From: Planctomycetota bacterium
GTDB lineage: Bacteria > Planctomycetota > UBA8742 > UBA2392
DNA length: 63,934 bases
Assembly: GCA_020425695.1 (NCBI GenBank)
Contig: JAGQRE010000006.1
Coordinates: 1 to 63,934 of the forward strand
Direction of reading: 5' to 3'
The notes below the pieces were generated by a model. The model was not told the origin of the DNA and did no database searches. It saw nothing but the letters and a program-made list of their open reading frames with translations. The translations under genes and the position numbers were made by a program. Shown here in pieces: positions 46,756 to 55,651 of the stretch; position 1 is the first letter of the stretch, and every line of letters starts with the position of its first letter.

Positions 46756-49700
46756 TTGAGCCAGTCCGCCACTAGATGTTCAATTGCGCCACCTGTGTCG
46801 ACAGGTGCAGTATGTTGTTTGAAATGTAGGGATCGCTTCTTGGGTAACGCAGGAGACAACCTCAGCAAGAGACTGCAGCAGCTCTCCGAGCGCCTGGTGA
46901 ACATTACGAGGCGGAACAAGAGCATCCGCTTGCTCCGCAAGGCCAAGCGACAGTGCATAGACCTTTTCGAGATCGACACACTGTCACCCGGCACCGCAGA
47001 AGAGGCCGTGAAGCAGGTACTGCGCGGCAAAGACTCCAACGTGTTGTCATGGAAGGACTCGCCGGTTGACCCGCGAGACGAGCGTTACGAACTCTTGATT
47101 GACGAACGCGACGAACTTGAGGAGGTCGAAACTCCTGAGTTCAAGCGTGTACGGCTATTCAAGAAGCTAGACGCCAACCTGACGCAGCTAAGTCGTAATG
47201 CAAGGCAGATCGAGGAGGAGACCGGAGCTGTTGACCTCTACCTCGGCTACCCTTGGATCATCGGAAACTGCGACGACACCGAAGGCACGTTCCTACAAGC
47301 TCCGGTGATGCTGTTTCCAGTCCGGCTTGTTGCCCAGAGATCGCCGCGTCTGGAGTGGGTGTTGGAGGCACGGTCGGACGCAGAGCCAATCTTTAACGAG
47401 GCGTTGGCCCTAGCCCTTGAGCAGTTTCACGAAACCAAGTTCAGCGAGGAACTGGTTAATGAAGTGGAAGAAGCTGCGGCAAGCGAAGAGGCTAGCCGAG
47501 ATCCTGCGTGGCTCATCGACTGGCTTCACGCCAAACTCACCGAGGTTGGGTTGCGCATGTCCGACTCCACCACGGTGCTCAGCTCGCTTCCGGAGTACAA
47601 GGCAGAGCAGGTTCCCAGGGCAACCGGAGCATTCGCGCTGCGAGCGCACGCTGTGGTTGGGTACTTCCCGCAAGCAGGCTCCTCACTCAGGCGCGACTAC
47701 GAGCTGTTGATTGAGAAGTCTGACCGAGGCGGACTGGAGGGCGTACTCGGGCGTTTGCTCGATTCCTCCGTAGAAGGACCCGAGTCAGACCACGACGGCC
47801 AAGTAACGAGCATGGACGAAGTGCAGGAAGCCGACACCTGCTGGATTATGAGCAGTGACGCTTCGCAGGAGTCTGCCATGCTGCGGTCGCGGACGGAGGA
47901 CTGTCTGGTTGTCCACGGCCCACCGGGCACTGGAAAATCACAAGTGATCTGCAACCTAGTGTCCGACGCGCTTTCCCGTGGCGAACGTGTCGTCATTTGC
48001 TGCCAGAAGCGCGCCGCGCTCGATGTTGTGTTCCAGCGTCTCTCGGCCGCCGGCCTAAGTGATCACGTCGCCGTGGTTCATGATCACGCCAACGACCGTG
48101 CACCGCTGTACCAACGGATTGCGACCACGCTCGAAGAGCAACAGGAAGAGCATGCCCACCAGTTGGAAACGGAAGGTGCTCAGCTAGCACAGTCGATCGA
48201 CAAGGCGACTTCGGTACTGAGCGAGATTGCGCGAGAACTTCACAAAGAGAGGCGCTGCGGACACACAGCACGCGAGCTTTACGCCCAAGCTGCCGCAATT
48301 GCTGATGACCAAGACCAGGACATCCTGCGTGCGGCAGGGCAGTTCGACCGCAACAGTCTGCGTGAGTTCCTTGATCGGGTCGAGTTGCTTGCCGATCTCA
48401 ACTCTCGGCTCAGCGACCGAGCCTCTGCGTGGTCCGGACGAAAAAGCTTCGGACAACTGACCTTCGCGGACCGTGGTCGGATCGACGAGGCCTTGGTTAG
48501 TGCTCTTGAGTCAGCAAAGGCTCTGATACGAGCGGAAAGCGCAATAACAGACGCGCGGCCTGCAGCCTCCAAGGCCGCCGGATCACTCGAAGCCTTGAAA
48601 GCGCTTTCGGCAATCAACCCATCGCACGTTGATTCTGTGGTAGCGGGACTGACGCGCGAACTGATGGACGCCTCCGCCATGGGCACGGCCAAGGCCGCGC
48701 TAGAAGCAACCAGTCGACTCTTGCCTCAGCTCAAAGCACTACCTTCTAAGCCCGGTCCCGAATTCGCCGGCGGTCCGCCCGAGTTAGCCGTCTCGCTAGA
48801 GACATGGTTGGGAAAACGGACGGGTCTGTTCCGTGTGTTCAGCGGGACTTATCGGACAGCAAAGAAGAAGGCTGCCGAATACGTGGCTAGGGAGGGTCTA
48901 ACCCTCAGTGCAGAAGTAGTTGCTGAGCATGCGGCGATGATTCGCTCACAACAGCAATGGAATCGTCTGTCCAAGGCAACTGAAGGCAGCTTGCTCCAAC
49001 CCTTGATCGTAGGCGTGTCCACTGCCGACCAAGTCGAGTCGACGGTCGGTCAACTCCGTTCAGCGGTCGAGCTCTCAACGCTAGTCAAGGGACTGCTGCA
49101 GCAGGCAGAGATCGTCAGGGAGGAGTTGCTGAATGATGGAGACTCCTTGCAGGCGATTTCTTTTCGGTCAGCGAAGCTCGCCGCATTGGGAGAGAGTTTC
49201 CGCCTCGTAAAAGGCGCAACCGAATCCCTGACGGAGTTCCTTCGGGACGAAGCCGTTGCACGGCTCGTGGCCAACGCGGACCAGGATGCTTCCGTGGTCT
49301 ATGGTCTCTTCGAGCGTTTGAGAGCAGGACTTGGCGACTTCGACACCTTACAGAGCATCGATGACGTACTGGACAAGTTGAGGCAAGTGGAAGCCGCGGT
49401 CTACCGCCACGTTCGCAAGAAGCATGGGGCTGCCGACTGGCGACGGACCATCGAAGGGGCGGTCAAGTTGGGCTGGCTTGCAGAGGTGGAAAAAGAAGCC
49501 AGTGGTCTTCGTCGCGTATCGTCGGGGGAGATTGGCAACCTACGAATTCACTTCAAGGAACAACTCGACAGGCGGCGCGAGCTCAATAAGAAACGACTCG
49601 CACTGCGCCTGCACCGGCGTGGGTCTGAGGTTCGTTTTGAGCCAGGACGAGACGTCGACAAACGCCACAGTGCTGAGAAGCCTTGGCGCGACCTGAAGCA

Positions 49701-51156
49701 CCAAGTGAACAAGCGGCGCCGACTGTGGCCACTGCGGAAGCTCGTCCACGATCTCAGTTGGCCCTTGCTAGAGGTCGTGCCTTGCTGGCTAGTTTCTCCG
49801 GAGACGCTGTCAGCCGCGTTTCCGCTGCAACCCGGACTGTTCGATCTGGCCATATTCGACGAAGCCTCACAGCTCGCCGTGCAGTACGGACTTCCCGCAT
49901 TCTATCGCGCCAAGCGAATCGTGATTGCCGGCGATGAGCAGCAGCTTAGGCCCTTTGACTTATTCGGTGCGTTGGGCGTGCAGACTGACCTCGAAGGCGT
50001 TGATATGGATGAAGACGCCTCTGCCGTGGAAGCTGAGAGCATGCTTACGCTCGCGAAGACACGCTTTCCTGAAGTAGTGCTGAATTGCCACTACCGATCA
50101 AAGTACGAGGAGCTGATCGAGTTTTCCAATCAGGGGTTCTATCAAGGCCGGTTGATGACCGTTCCGCCTGCCGATGGGATCGACACCGCGCCAATCTCAT
50201 GGAAGAAAGTCGAAGGTCGTTGGGAGAACAGAAGAAACGCGCCCGAGGCAGCAGCGGTGCTCGAACTGCTGTTTGAGCAGATGCAGCAATACGGGACGGA
50301 AAAGAGCTTTGGGATCATCACGTTCAACAACACGCAGCAGGAAGAGATCAAGGACCAGATCGACCGGCGTAAGGCTGCTGATCCTGAGTTCGCAGCACTC
50401 ATTGCGCTTGAAGAGAACCCCGAGTCCGGGAAGCTTGATGATGCCATCTTCGTCAAGAACATCGAAAACGTTCAGGGGGATGAGCGGGACGTCATCATTT
50501 TCTCGATCGGCTACGCACCGGATGCAACTGGTCGGGTCTACAATCGGTTCGGGACTCTGGGCCAGGAGGGTGGAGACAACCGATTGAACGTGGCCATTTC
50601 ACGTGCCAAAGAACGAATCTTTGTCGTCTCTTCTATTGAGCCCGAAGACTTGAACGTATCCGGGTCCACTCATCGAGGACCGCAGTTGCTTCGCCGCTAC
50701 CTTGAATACGCAAGAGCGGTAAGTAGCCAGGCTGTCGATACGCGCGATGCGGTATTGAGGCACGTAAACCCGGCACTCGATGTCCGGGTCGAAAAGACGG
50801 GGCAGTTCGATAGCCCTCTTGAAGAGCAGGTGTACGACGAACTGACTCGCCGCAACCTAGTCGTAAAGCCTCAGGTCGGGGTGTCTGGGTACCGAATCGA
50901 TCTAGGCGTGCTAGACCCTTCCAACCCTTCACGCTACCTGCTCGGGATCGAGTGCGACGGGGCGACTTATCACAGCGCCCGAAGCGTTCGTGAGCGCGAC
51001 GCCTACCGTCAGCGGTTTCTCGAGAGCCGCGGCTGGATCATCCACCGGATATGGAGCCGCAACTGGTGGCGAAATCGATCGGCCGAAATGGACAGCCTCA
51101 TGGAAGCGATCGCTAAGGCAAAGAATGCGGCGCCGGCAGATAAGACAGCGGACTAA
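46756..51156 (+). CDS. Hhe-like giant protein: DUF4011-like N-region + Upf1/DNA2-like SF1 helicase + Vsr/DUF559-like endonuclease C-domain
   Basis: TRRNKSIRLL and LYLGYPWI...APVMLFPVRL match DUF4011 patterns. VHGPPGTGKSQ, IFDEASQL, CHYRS, VQGDERDVIIFS and RLNVAISRAKE are SF1 blocks. The C-terminal GYRIDLGV...GIECDGATYHS...RDAYRQRFLESRGWIIHRIWS is Vsr-like. The start is uncertain (TTG 46756, GTG 46795). Confidence 0.7.
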   Translation: MSQSATRCSIAPPVSTGAVCCLKCRDRFLGNAGDNLSKRLQQLSERLVNITRRNKSIRLLRKAKRQCIDLFEIDTLSPGTAEEAVKQVLRGKDSNVLSWKDSPVDPRDERYELLIDERDELEEVETPEFKRVRLFKKLDANLTQLSRNARQIEEETGAVDLYLGYPWIIGNCDDTEGTFLQAPVMLFPVRLVAQRSPRLEWVLEARSDAEPIFNEALALALEQFHETKFSEELVNEVEEAAASEEASRDPAWLIDWLHAKLTEVGLRMSDSTTVLSSLPEYKAEQVPRATGAFALRAHAVVGYFPQAGSSLRRDYELLIEKSDRGGLEGVLGRLLDSSVEGPESDHDGQVTSMDEVQEADTCWIMSSDASQESAMLRSRTEDCLVVHGPPGTGKSQVICNLVSDALSRGERVVICCQKRAALDVVFQRLSAAGLSDHVAVVHDHANDRAPLYQRIATTLEEQQEEHAHQLETEGAQLAQSIDKATSVLSEIARELHKERRCGHTARELYAQAAAIADDQDQDILRAAGQFDRNSLREFLDRVELLADLNSRLSDRASAWSGRKSFGQLTFADRGRIDEALVSALESAKALIRAESAITDARPAASKAAGSLEALKALSAINPSHVDSVVAGLTRELMDASAMGTAKAALEATSRLLPQLKALPSKPGPEFAGGPPELAVSLETWLGKRTGLFRVFSGTYRTAKKKAAEYVAREGLTLSAEVVAEHAAMIRSQQQWNRLSKATEGSLLQPLIVGVSTADQVESTVGQLRSAVELSTLVKGLLQQAEIVREELLNDGDSLQAISFRSAKLAALGESFRLVKGATESLTEFLRDEAVARLVANADQDASVVYGLFERLRAGLGDFDTLQSIDDVLDKLRQVEAAVYRHVRKKHGAADWRRTIEGAVKLGWLAEVEKEASGLRRVSSGEIGNLRIHFKEQLDRRRELNKKRLALRLHRRGSEVRFEPGRDVDKRHSAEKPWRDLKHQVNKRRRLWPLRKLVHDLSWPLLEVVPCWLVSPETLSAAFPLQPGLFDLAIFDEASQLAVQYGLPAFYRAKRIVIAGDEQQLRPFDLFGALGVQTDLEGVDMDEDASAVEAESMLTLAKTRFPEVVLNCHYRSKYEELIEFSNQGFYQGRLMTVPPADGIDTAPISWKKVEGRWENRRNAPEAAAVLELLFEQMQQYGTEKSFGIITFNNTQQEEIKDQIDRRKAADPEFAALIALEENPESGKLDDAIFVKNIENVQGDERDVIIFSIGYAPDATGRVYNRFGTLGQEGGDNRLNVAISRAKERIFVVSSIEPEDLNVSGSTHRGPQLLRRYLEYARAVSSQAVDTRDAVLRHVNPALDVRVEKTGQFDSPLEEQVYDELTRRNLVVKPQVGVSGYRIDLGVLDPSNPSRYLLGIECDGATYHSARSVRERDAYRQRFLESRGWIIHRIWSRNWWRNRSAEMDSLMEAIAKAKNAAPADKTAD

Positions 51157-51554
51157 CTTGGCTACCGGAAAGAAGCCCACCAACTGCTCCCTCGAGGGAA
51201 ATCGTCCCTTACTGGTGCGGAGACTGCGACTTTGGAAGTCCGCGCCTGGTGAACACCCACTTCCACCGCGCCTAGCTCCACAAGCGCATGGGGCTCGACG
51301 GTCCAAGCAAGCGCGCGATCTGAGGATGGGCGAGCGGCTGCTAAGGGCATAGACAAGCTGTCTCGTCAAAGCCCAGGTCCCAAAGCCGCCACACACCAAA
51401 ACCGCCGAGCCGGAGTAGGGTGACGAATCATGGCCATACAGGGCTTTCTCTCGAAGCTGGCTCGTTTCTGACATACACCAACATTGATCAACGTTTCAGC
51501 GAGGATGTCGCACAAGCTTGTATGGTTGACTTGTCGACAAGAGGAGCACACGCC

Positions 51555-52979
51555 ATGGATAAGGCCGAGCAAACGGACGTCTTCGTGTCCTTTACGGATG
51601 CCGATGACAAATTTGCCCAGAAGATTGGTGCGCAACTTGAAGCCGAGACCATTGATGGTTCCCCCGACGGACGGCGTCTGCAGGTCTTCCTCTACAAATG
51701 GGATATCGACGGGTCCGAGAACATTGTGCACCGACTCAACCAGGCGCTTAGGCAGGCTCGCCATGTTCTGCTGGTGGTGTCGCCGGAGTACATTGATCGA
51801 GCATGGCCTACTGCCGAATGGGCGCAGCAGATCATGGTTGACCCACTAAACCTGTCGAAGCGACTTATCGTTTGCCTAAGAAGGGATGTGACGCAGGATG
51901 GCGATCGGGGCTACGAAGCGCCCCCACTCCTAGCACCCTTGAAGCGATTCGATTTCCGACGCGATAGGGACTTTTCAAGGGAGTTCAGAAAAGTTCTGCG
52001 TATCGTGCGCGGTCAACCCCCTGCGCGTGGCCGTTCAAGAAAGCCGCTAGGGATGATCGGTGCGTCACCACAGACACTGGTACCCAGTGCGCCAGAGTCG
52101 TCATTTGGACCAGACGTAGTCGACGATCTGTTGCTCGGGAACCTGCTCCCTGTGGAGCGACATGCGGGGATCATCTGGAGTGCACCAACTAGCCTCCGGC
52201 CATGGCAGTTGGCAAAGGAATGTCCAGATGCAGCCCCATTCTATGTCAACTCCAAGCGTGTGTGGACTTTCTCGGATCTCACCGAATCAAGCAATTCGCT
52301 AAGACCGCGGGTTGAGATCGCCGGAATTCAGAGCCATACCGTGAGGGAGTTTCGCAACCATGCAGATCAATGGCGTCTCACGATGGCGCTCTTGAATCGT
52401 TGCTTTCTTGAACACTTGCCTGACTTCGTTCGACGCGACCGGAAGGGACGGTTCTTCTTCGTACCCAATGAGGACATGACAGATCGAATGGTCAATCTCG
52501 GAAGCGGGCCCGAGATCGGAGTTGCATCCAAGAAGGACGGTCGCGACGGAGGAATGGATTTCTGGGTTCATCGTGCGGCATGGATTAGCTTCATGGACAT
52601 TGGCGAAAGTCTCTTCCTGCGCATTGAGCCCTGTTACGTCTTCACCACTGATGGGTTGCATAGCATGGGAGGCCGGTCCGTCGGTCAACTCGCAATTCAA
52701 TGGACGGGCAAAGAGCGGAACGCCGCCGTCGTTCGGCAAGTGATGTTCTGGAGCAGGTTCCTTCGCAAGGGAAAGCGTAACATCGTTCTTGAGAGTGGTG
52801 GTGATCCGATTGTTGTGAGGCCAGTGCCAGCGACCGGCGAGGCCGCTTTTGGTATTGAGGGTGACCATATCGGTGTTCGCTCACTGGTTTCACACGTTGT
52901 TGACGACCTGAATCTTGCGGCGAGATCGGCCGACAGCTACTACGCCGACGAGTCGGAAGAAGGTGCGAGTAATGGCTAG
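51555..52979 (+). CDS. TIR-APAZ protein (short-pAgo partner, SPARTA-type)
   Basis: GAGGAG lies 8 nt before ATG 51555. TIR blocks are DVFVSFTDADDKFA and VLLVVSPEYIDRAWPTAEW. The ~330-aa C-region is called APAZ from size and context only. Confidence 0.7.
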   Translation: MDKAEQTDVFVSFTDADDKFAQKIGAQLEAETIDGSPDGRRLQVFLYKWDIDGSENIVHRLNQALRQARHVLLVVSPEYIDRAWPTAEWAQQIMVDPLNLSKRLIVCLRRDVTQDGDRGYEAPPLLAPLKRFDFRRDRDFSREFRKVLRIVRGQPPARGRSRKPLGMIGASPQTLVPSAPESSFGPDVVDDLLLGNLLPVERHAGIIWSAPTSLRPWQLAKECPDAAPFYVNSKRVWTFSDLTESSNSLRPRVEIAGIQSHTVREFRNHADQWRLTMALLNRCFLEHLPDFVRRDRKGRFFFVPNEDMTDRMVNLGSGPEIGVASKKDGRDGGMDFWVHRAAWISFMDIGESLFLRIEPCYVFTTDGLHSMGGRSVGQLAIQWTGKERNAAVVRQVMFWSRFLRKGKRNIVLESGGDPIVVRPVPATGEAAFGIEGDHIGVRSLVSHVVDDLNLAARSADSYYADESEEGASNG

Positions 52980-54591
52980 AGATCAGAAGAACCAACGGAA
53001 ACGGAAACGCAAGCGACGGAGCCGCGTCCGAGGTGGTGAACTCGTGGACGCGTTGCTCAGAAAATACGGCCCATCATTCAGAGTTTGGCATGTCGAAGAG
53101 CCAAAACTCCTCTTCGGATCTGGCCAAGCAATTGAAGATCCTAAGGCAGGATTAACTCTATATGGACCGGTATCAGCCGGCAGCGTGCACCGGTCTGCAA
53201 TTCGCCTGGGACTAATTGGCACAGGCGAAACAGTACAGGCTACAAAGGGCTTTCTTCAGCAACTTCACAGTCGCATATCGGCGGGAAGGAATTCAAAGGG
53301 TGAGCCCCTCGATAGGGTCCTTCATCCGGACTTCCCCGGGCTCGGGCATGACTCACCACTCCAGTGCACGGCCGAACTGATACCCAACGGATGCGAGACT
53401 CTCACGGATCGTGAAGTTCGCGCCGCCTTGGACGACAAGAGCCGTCAAACTCGTGTTGAGCGAATGGTGAGCTTGGTGGTAGGCCGCGTTCTTGCCCTAG
53501 CATCAAAAGACCCAGCTCCCGACGTCATCATTGTGGTGCTACCCCAGGACGTTAGAGACGGCTGTCGTGCGCCAAGAAGCAGGGGCCCAAAGAAGGTGTT
53601 CGTGCCGCCCCATATCAAGTTTCAGCGTGAAACTGAAGCTGAAGCTGAGAAGGTCGGCCAAATGATGCTGTTTGATTCTGGGGCGGTAGTGGAAGAAGAA
53701 GATGAAGAGCACGAGCCACTCTACTTGGACTTCCACAATGCGCTCAAAGCTCGCGCGATGCGAGGGCGCGTGCCCATCCAACTCATTTGGGAGCCGACAC
53801 TGAAGGGCACTAGAAGCAAGGAAGATCGCGCGACCATTGCTTGGAACATCGTCACGGCTCTATTGTACAAGGCGGGCAACATTCCTTGGCAGTTGAGGGA
53901 GCCGGACCCCAGAACCTGCTTTCTCGGCATCAGCTTCTTCAAGGATGGTCGCACCAACGACTCGCGCGCGAGTTTGGCGCAGGCATTCGCACAGACCGGA
54001 GAAGGCTTTGTCCTCAAGGGTGAGTCTGCTACTTGGGACCCGCTGGAGAGACAGGCGCATTTGAGTGAGTCGGGGGCTGAACGTACCTTGAAACGCGTTC
54101 TCGACGACTACGAAGATCGGTTTCACGATCGTCCGACGCGAGTAGTTGTTCACAAGACGTCCAGATATTCCGTTGGCGAACTTGCCGGATTCCGGAGGGC
54201 ACTAGATGGTGTTCACACGCACGACTTCCTGGCACTCGGTGATCGCGGGATCAGGTTCATGCGCCTTGGGCACGAACCGCCTCTGCGCGGGACTGTCATT
54301 GAATTGGGAAAGCGCAACTATCTTGTATACACCGTTGGCTACGTGCCGAGCGTCCGTGCATATCCTGGTATGCGAGTGCCCATCCCGTTAGAGATCATCG
54401 AACACCATGGAGATTCCGACAGCGAGCGAGTGTGCCGCGAGGTCTTAGCACTGACAAAGCTCAATTGGAACAACTGTAGATTGGCAACTCGAGATCCCAT
54501 CACAATCGCATTCTCCAAGAAGGTCGCGAGCATTGTGCGCGAGTTTGGAAGCAGCGATCCGCCGGAGCACAAATATAGGTTTTTCATGTAG
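52972..54591 (+). CDS. Short prokaryotic Argonaute (MID-PIWI only)
   Basis: At 539 aa it is too short for N/PAZ domains. PIWI-type blocks are LLYKAGNIPWQL and RVVVHKTSRY. ATG 52972 overlaps the upstream gene by 8 nt. The N-terminus is polybasic (MARDQKNQRKRKRKRRSRVRGG). Confidence 0.75.
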   Translation: MARDQKNQRKRKRKRRSRVRGGELVDALLRKYGPSFRVWHVEEPKLLFGSGQAIEDPKAGLTLYGPVSAGSVHRSAIRLGLIGTGETVQATKGFLQQLHSRISAGRNSKGEPLDRVLHPDFPGLGHDSPLQCTAELIPNGCETLTDREVRAALDDKSRQTRVERMVSLVVGRVLALASKDPAPDVIIVVLPQDVRDGCRAPRSRGPKKVFVPPHIKFQRETEAEAEKVGQMMLFDSGAVVEEEDEEHEPLYLDFHNALKARAMRGRVPIQLIWEPTLKGTRSKEDRATIAWNIVTALLYKAGNIPWQLREPDPRTCFLGISFFKDGRTNDSRASLAQAFAQTGEGFVLKGESATWDPLERQAHLSESGAERTLKRVLDDYEDRFHDRPTRVVVHKTSRYSVGELAGFRRALDGVHTHDFLALGDRGIRFMRLGHEPPLRGTVIELGKRNYLVYTVGYVPSVRAYPGMRVPIPLEIIEHHGDSDSERVCREVLALTKLNWNNCRLATRDPITIAFSKKVASIVREFGSSDPPEHKYRFFM

Positions 54592-54749
54592 CTCTGCCGC
54601 CATGCCTTCGGCGAAGGGATCAGCCAAGGCGAATCTTTAGTCAGGGGAAGCAAGGAACTCGAAAGGATGTTCGCCACACCAAGGATGCCTGGGCGACCAA
54701 GCATAGGCGCCGCTTAGATTGTCTGTGGCGTTCGAATCGACGGGACATA

Positions 54750-55088
54750 GTGCACCTTCTCGGAAGCGCATACTGCTCGAGCACTGACGTCCTCAAGAAC
54801 ATCATCTCGTCGCCCTATCCGGTTGTGGGGCGCGAGACAACCATCACAGGTGGCGATGGAAAGACGTCTGTTTGCTACAATCTCGACCATATGGGTTGGA
54901 GCCCAAGAATGCCTAGAAATAGGCTCGACGGAGTTTTCGGCAGGGACAGCGAGACAACCATCGCCGCTAGCGACGGAAAGACGTCGGTTTGCTACAATCT
55001 TGGCATAGTGGATAAATACTCAGAAATGCCTAGAAACAGGCCCGACGGAACTCTTGGTGAAGACACGGCGGAGAACTCCACAACCTAG
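54750..55088 (+). CDS. Possible small repeat protein (2 x 39-aa units)
   Basis: The repeat period is exactly 39 codons in this frame. Differences inside the conserved blocks are mostly synonymous (gat/gac, tct/tcg, ctc/ctt, aat/aac). GTG start with no clear RBS. Confidence 0.3.
   Translation: MHLLGSAYCSSTDVLKNIISSPYPVVGRETTITGGDGKTSVCYNLDHMGWSPRMPRNRLDGVFGRDSETTIAASDGKTSVCYNLGIVDKYSEMPRNRPDGTLGEDTAENSTT
54832..55065. repeat. 117-bp tandem repeat, 2 copies (+ partial third start)
   Basis: The copies begin at 54832 and 54949. Conserved blocks are GCGAGACAACCATC, GGAAAGACGTC(T/G)GTTTGCTACAATCT and AATGCCTAGAAA(T/C)AGGC(T/C)CGACGGA, separated by variable about 25-nt stretches. Confidence 0.85.
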
Positions 55089-55142
55089 GCCGGGCAGTGC
55101 GAGCCTCGGGACGACTCAAAAACGGGTGTGGTGTGTCTGCAA

Positions 55143-55610
55143 TCAAGAAGGGGAGTTTTTCTGTTCCAGATCGCGGATGATGTTGCAGCCGTCAACGCCT
55201 CTGTCCCCCGGCGGGCAATCACGGATTAGTTGCTTCAACTGTTTGCGTAGCGTCTTCAGATTTGCGAGCTTCTTCTCGACCTCAAGAAGCTTGTCCTCCG
55301 TGCGTTCACGTACCTCCGCGCACCTCGCGTCGCTACTCGTCTTGAGGTCTACCAACTCGCGAATCTCGCGAAGTGTGAAGCCGCATGCCTTCGCGCCCAA
55401 AATGAACCTAATGATTGTAAGCTCTGCGTCGGCGTACATTCGGTATCCGCCGGAGGATCGATCTGGCTCACGAATAATCCCCTCTCGCTCGTAAAACCTT
55501 AGGGTCTGGATAGTTACGCCGTATTTCCTGGCGACTTGGCCAACCGTTAATCCCCTGGCGGTGCCAGTAGTTTGCCTCGGTGATCGGGATTTGGTTCTCG
55601 AAGTTTTCAT
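55143..55610 (-). CDS. MerR-family metal-responsive transcription regulator
   Basis: LTVGQVARKYGVTIQTLRFYEREGII forms the HTH, and the C-terminal CPPGDRGVDGC is a Cys pair. The start is placed at ATG 55610. Confidence 0.85.
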   Translation of the reverse strand: MKTSRTKSRSPRQTTGTARGLTVGQVARKYGVTIQTLRFYEREGIIREPDRSSGGYRMYADAELTIIRFILGAKACGFTLREIRELVDLKTSSDARCAEVRERTEDKLLEVEKKLANLKTLRKQLKQLIRDCPPGDRGVDGCNIIRDLEQKNSPS

Positions 55611-55618
55611 GAGTTCCC

Positions 55619-55651
55619 CCTTGAGCCTATAGCAAGGAATAGGGTTAGGAT
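55619..55651 (+). promoter_or_regulatory. MerR-type promoter/operator for the efflux operon
   Basis: TTGAGC (55621-26), a 19-nt spacer, then TAGGAT (55646-51). The dyad CCTTG-N9-CAAGG (55619-37) spans the -35/spacer. Confidence 0.55.

Noticed and set aside
54832-55065. 117-bp repeats considered as a CRISPR array
   Set aside because: There are only two units. The unit is far longer than a CRISPR repeat and internally mixes conserved and variable parts. No short palindromic repeat/spacer alternation and no cas genes are present.
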